A stretch of 62,325 bases of DNA. It comes from Actinomycetota bacterium. GTDB taxonomy: Bacteria > Actinomycetota > CADDZG01 > JAHWKV01 > JBOGWP01. Of this stretch, positions 61,465-62,325 are shown in pieces (within the stretch, counting starts at the first letter, position 1; the number at the start of each line of letters is the position of its first letter). Both the position numbers and the translations under genes were made by a program. Location: assembly GCA_050693875.1 (NCBI GenBank), contig JBOGWP010000131.1:1-62325 (forward strand), given 5' to 3'. The notes under the pieces are model-generated. The model was not told where the DNA came from and did no database searches. It saw only the letters and a program-made list of their open reading frames with translations.

Positions 61465-62325
61465 ATGCCGAACATGATCGAGGCCGCGGACTTGAGCTTC
61501 ACCTACCACGGCGGCACGCGGGCCCTCGACGGCGTGACCTTCGAGGTCCCCGAGGGCAAGCTCTACGGGCTGCTCGGCCCGAACGGCGCCGGGAAGACCA
61601 CCGCCATCCGGATCTTCGCGACGCTCCTGCGGCCGTAGTCTGGGCTGGCTCGCGTGGGCGGGCACGACGTGGCCAAGGAGGCGCACAAGGTGCGCCGGCT
61701 GAGTGGGCTCACGGGACAGGTCGCCGCGGTGGACGGTCTCCTCTCCGGGCAGGAGAACCTTACGATGATCGGCCGGCTGGGTGGCCTGCGTGCCCCGGCT
61801 GCGCGGCGGCGCGCATCCCACCTCCTGGAGACCTTCGATCTCACCGACGCCGCTCGGAAGGTGGTCAAGAACTATTCCGGGGGGATGAAGCGGCGTCTCG
61901 ACGTGGCGGCGAGCCTCGTGGCCCGGCCGCGGGTGCTATTCCTCGACGAGCCGACGACGGGGCTCGACCCGCGAAGCCGCAGCGGGCTGTGGGAGCTCAT
62001 CCAGTCGCTCGTGGCCGAGGGGACCACGGTCTTGCTCACCACCCAGTACTCGAGGAGGCCGACCGGCTCGCCGAGTCGATCCTCATGGTCGAGCCATATC
62101 GTGGCTTCGGGAAGCCCCGACCAGCTCAAGGCGACGGTCGGGGGACAGGTCCTCGAGGTGCGGACGGTGGAGGAGAGCGACCTGGCGACCACTGCGGGAA
62201 TCCTCGGTGGCCTGGCCGGGGTCGAGGCGACCGTCGACCGGGGAGCCCAGCTGGTCACGGCCCCCATCCCCGAGTCCGCCCTGCTGGGCGTCGCCGTCCG
62301 GCGGCTCGACGAGGCGAACGTCTCA
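61465..62325 (+). pseudogene. ABC transporter ATP-binding protein (DrrA/daunorubicin-type), disrupted; runs off the right edge
   Basis: Walker A GPNGAGKT, signature YSGGMKRRL and Walker B LFLDEPTTGLD are present. There is an in-frame TAG at 61636-61638 (LLRP*SGLARVGGHDV). The conserved TTQYLEEADRLAESILMV is readable only in the +1 frame between about 62050 and 62095. Confidence 0.7.

Noticed and set aside
61636-61638. The in-frame TAG as programmed recoding (pyrrolysine or read-through).
   Set aside because: It is a single occurrence, with no pyl genes or recoding signals visible. The same gene also carries two frameshifts, so plain inactivation or a sequence error is far more likely.

Overview
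This is a 62.3-kb chromosomal segment of about 70% G+C that looks actinobacterial. The evidence is the Pup-system genes arc and dop, the rfe/wecA-atp operon-murA synteny, a PASTA Ser/Thr kinase and a leaderless-type promoter. I can support about 60 protein genes. They include the nitrogen cluster amtB-glnK-glnD-glnA plus glnA2. They also include trmI-arc-dop, glyA, wecA and the full F1Fo ATP synthase operon (atpZ/I-B-E-F-H-A-G-D-C). Further genes are murA, a VIT1/CCC1 transporter, an LCP enzyme, a meaB-like GTPase with an acyl-CoA mutase large subunit, and a NUDIX-cupredoxin operon. The rest are echA-etfBA, an orphan histidine kinase, nifS-mnmA, ligA, recN, a paired acyl-CoA dehydrogenase plus MaoC hydratase operon, a cell-wall block (LysM-SLT, lipoprotein, PASTA kinase, DD-carboxypeptidase), rpiB and marR. 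I saw no rRNA, tRNA, CRISPR array, transposase, integrase or phage genes. Most of the window is core housekeeping. The unusual parts are listed here:
- An ECF sigma factor is fused in frame to a Cys/His linker and a CxxC four-helix membrane domain, next to a membrane cupredoxin.
- Two unrelated tandem repeat arrays of about 76 bp and a dispersed palindromic element of about 50 nt lie in intergenic DNA.
- A secreted protein is built from two different seven-fold repeat modules.
- A small variable islet sits between atpC and murA. It carries an orphan SPPY DNA methyltransferase translationally coupled to a hydrolase, followed by two decaying genes.
- dop is followed by a terminator, with no pup or proteasome genes.
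- A third pseudogene, an ABC ATPase, carries an in-frame TAG and two frameshifts.
All calls rest on reading the translations and on remembered family motifs. No database search was run. Start codons are best estimates.
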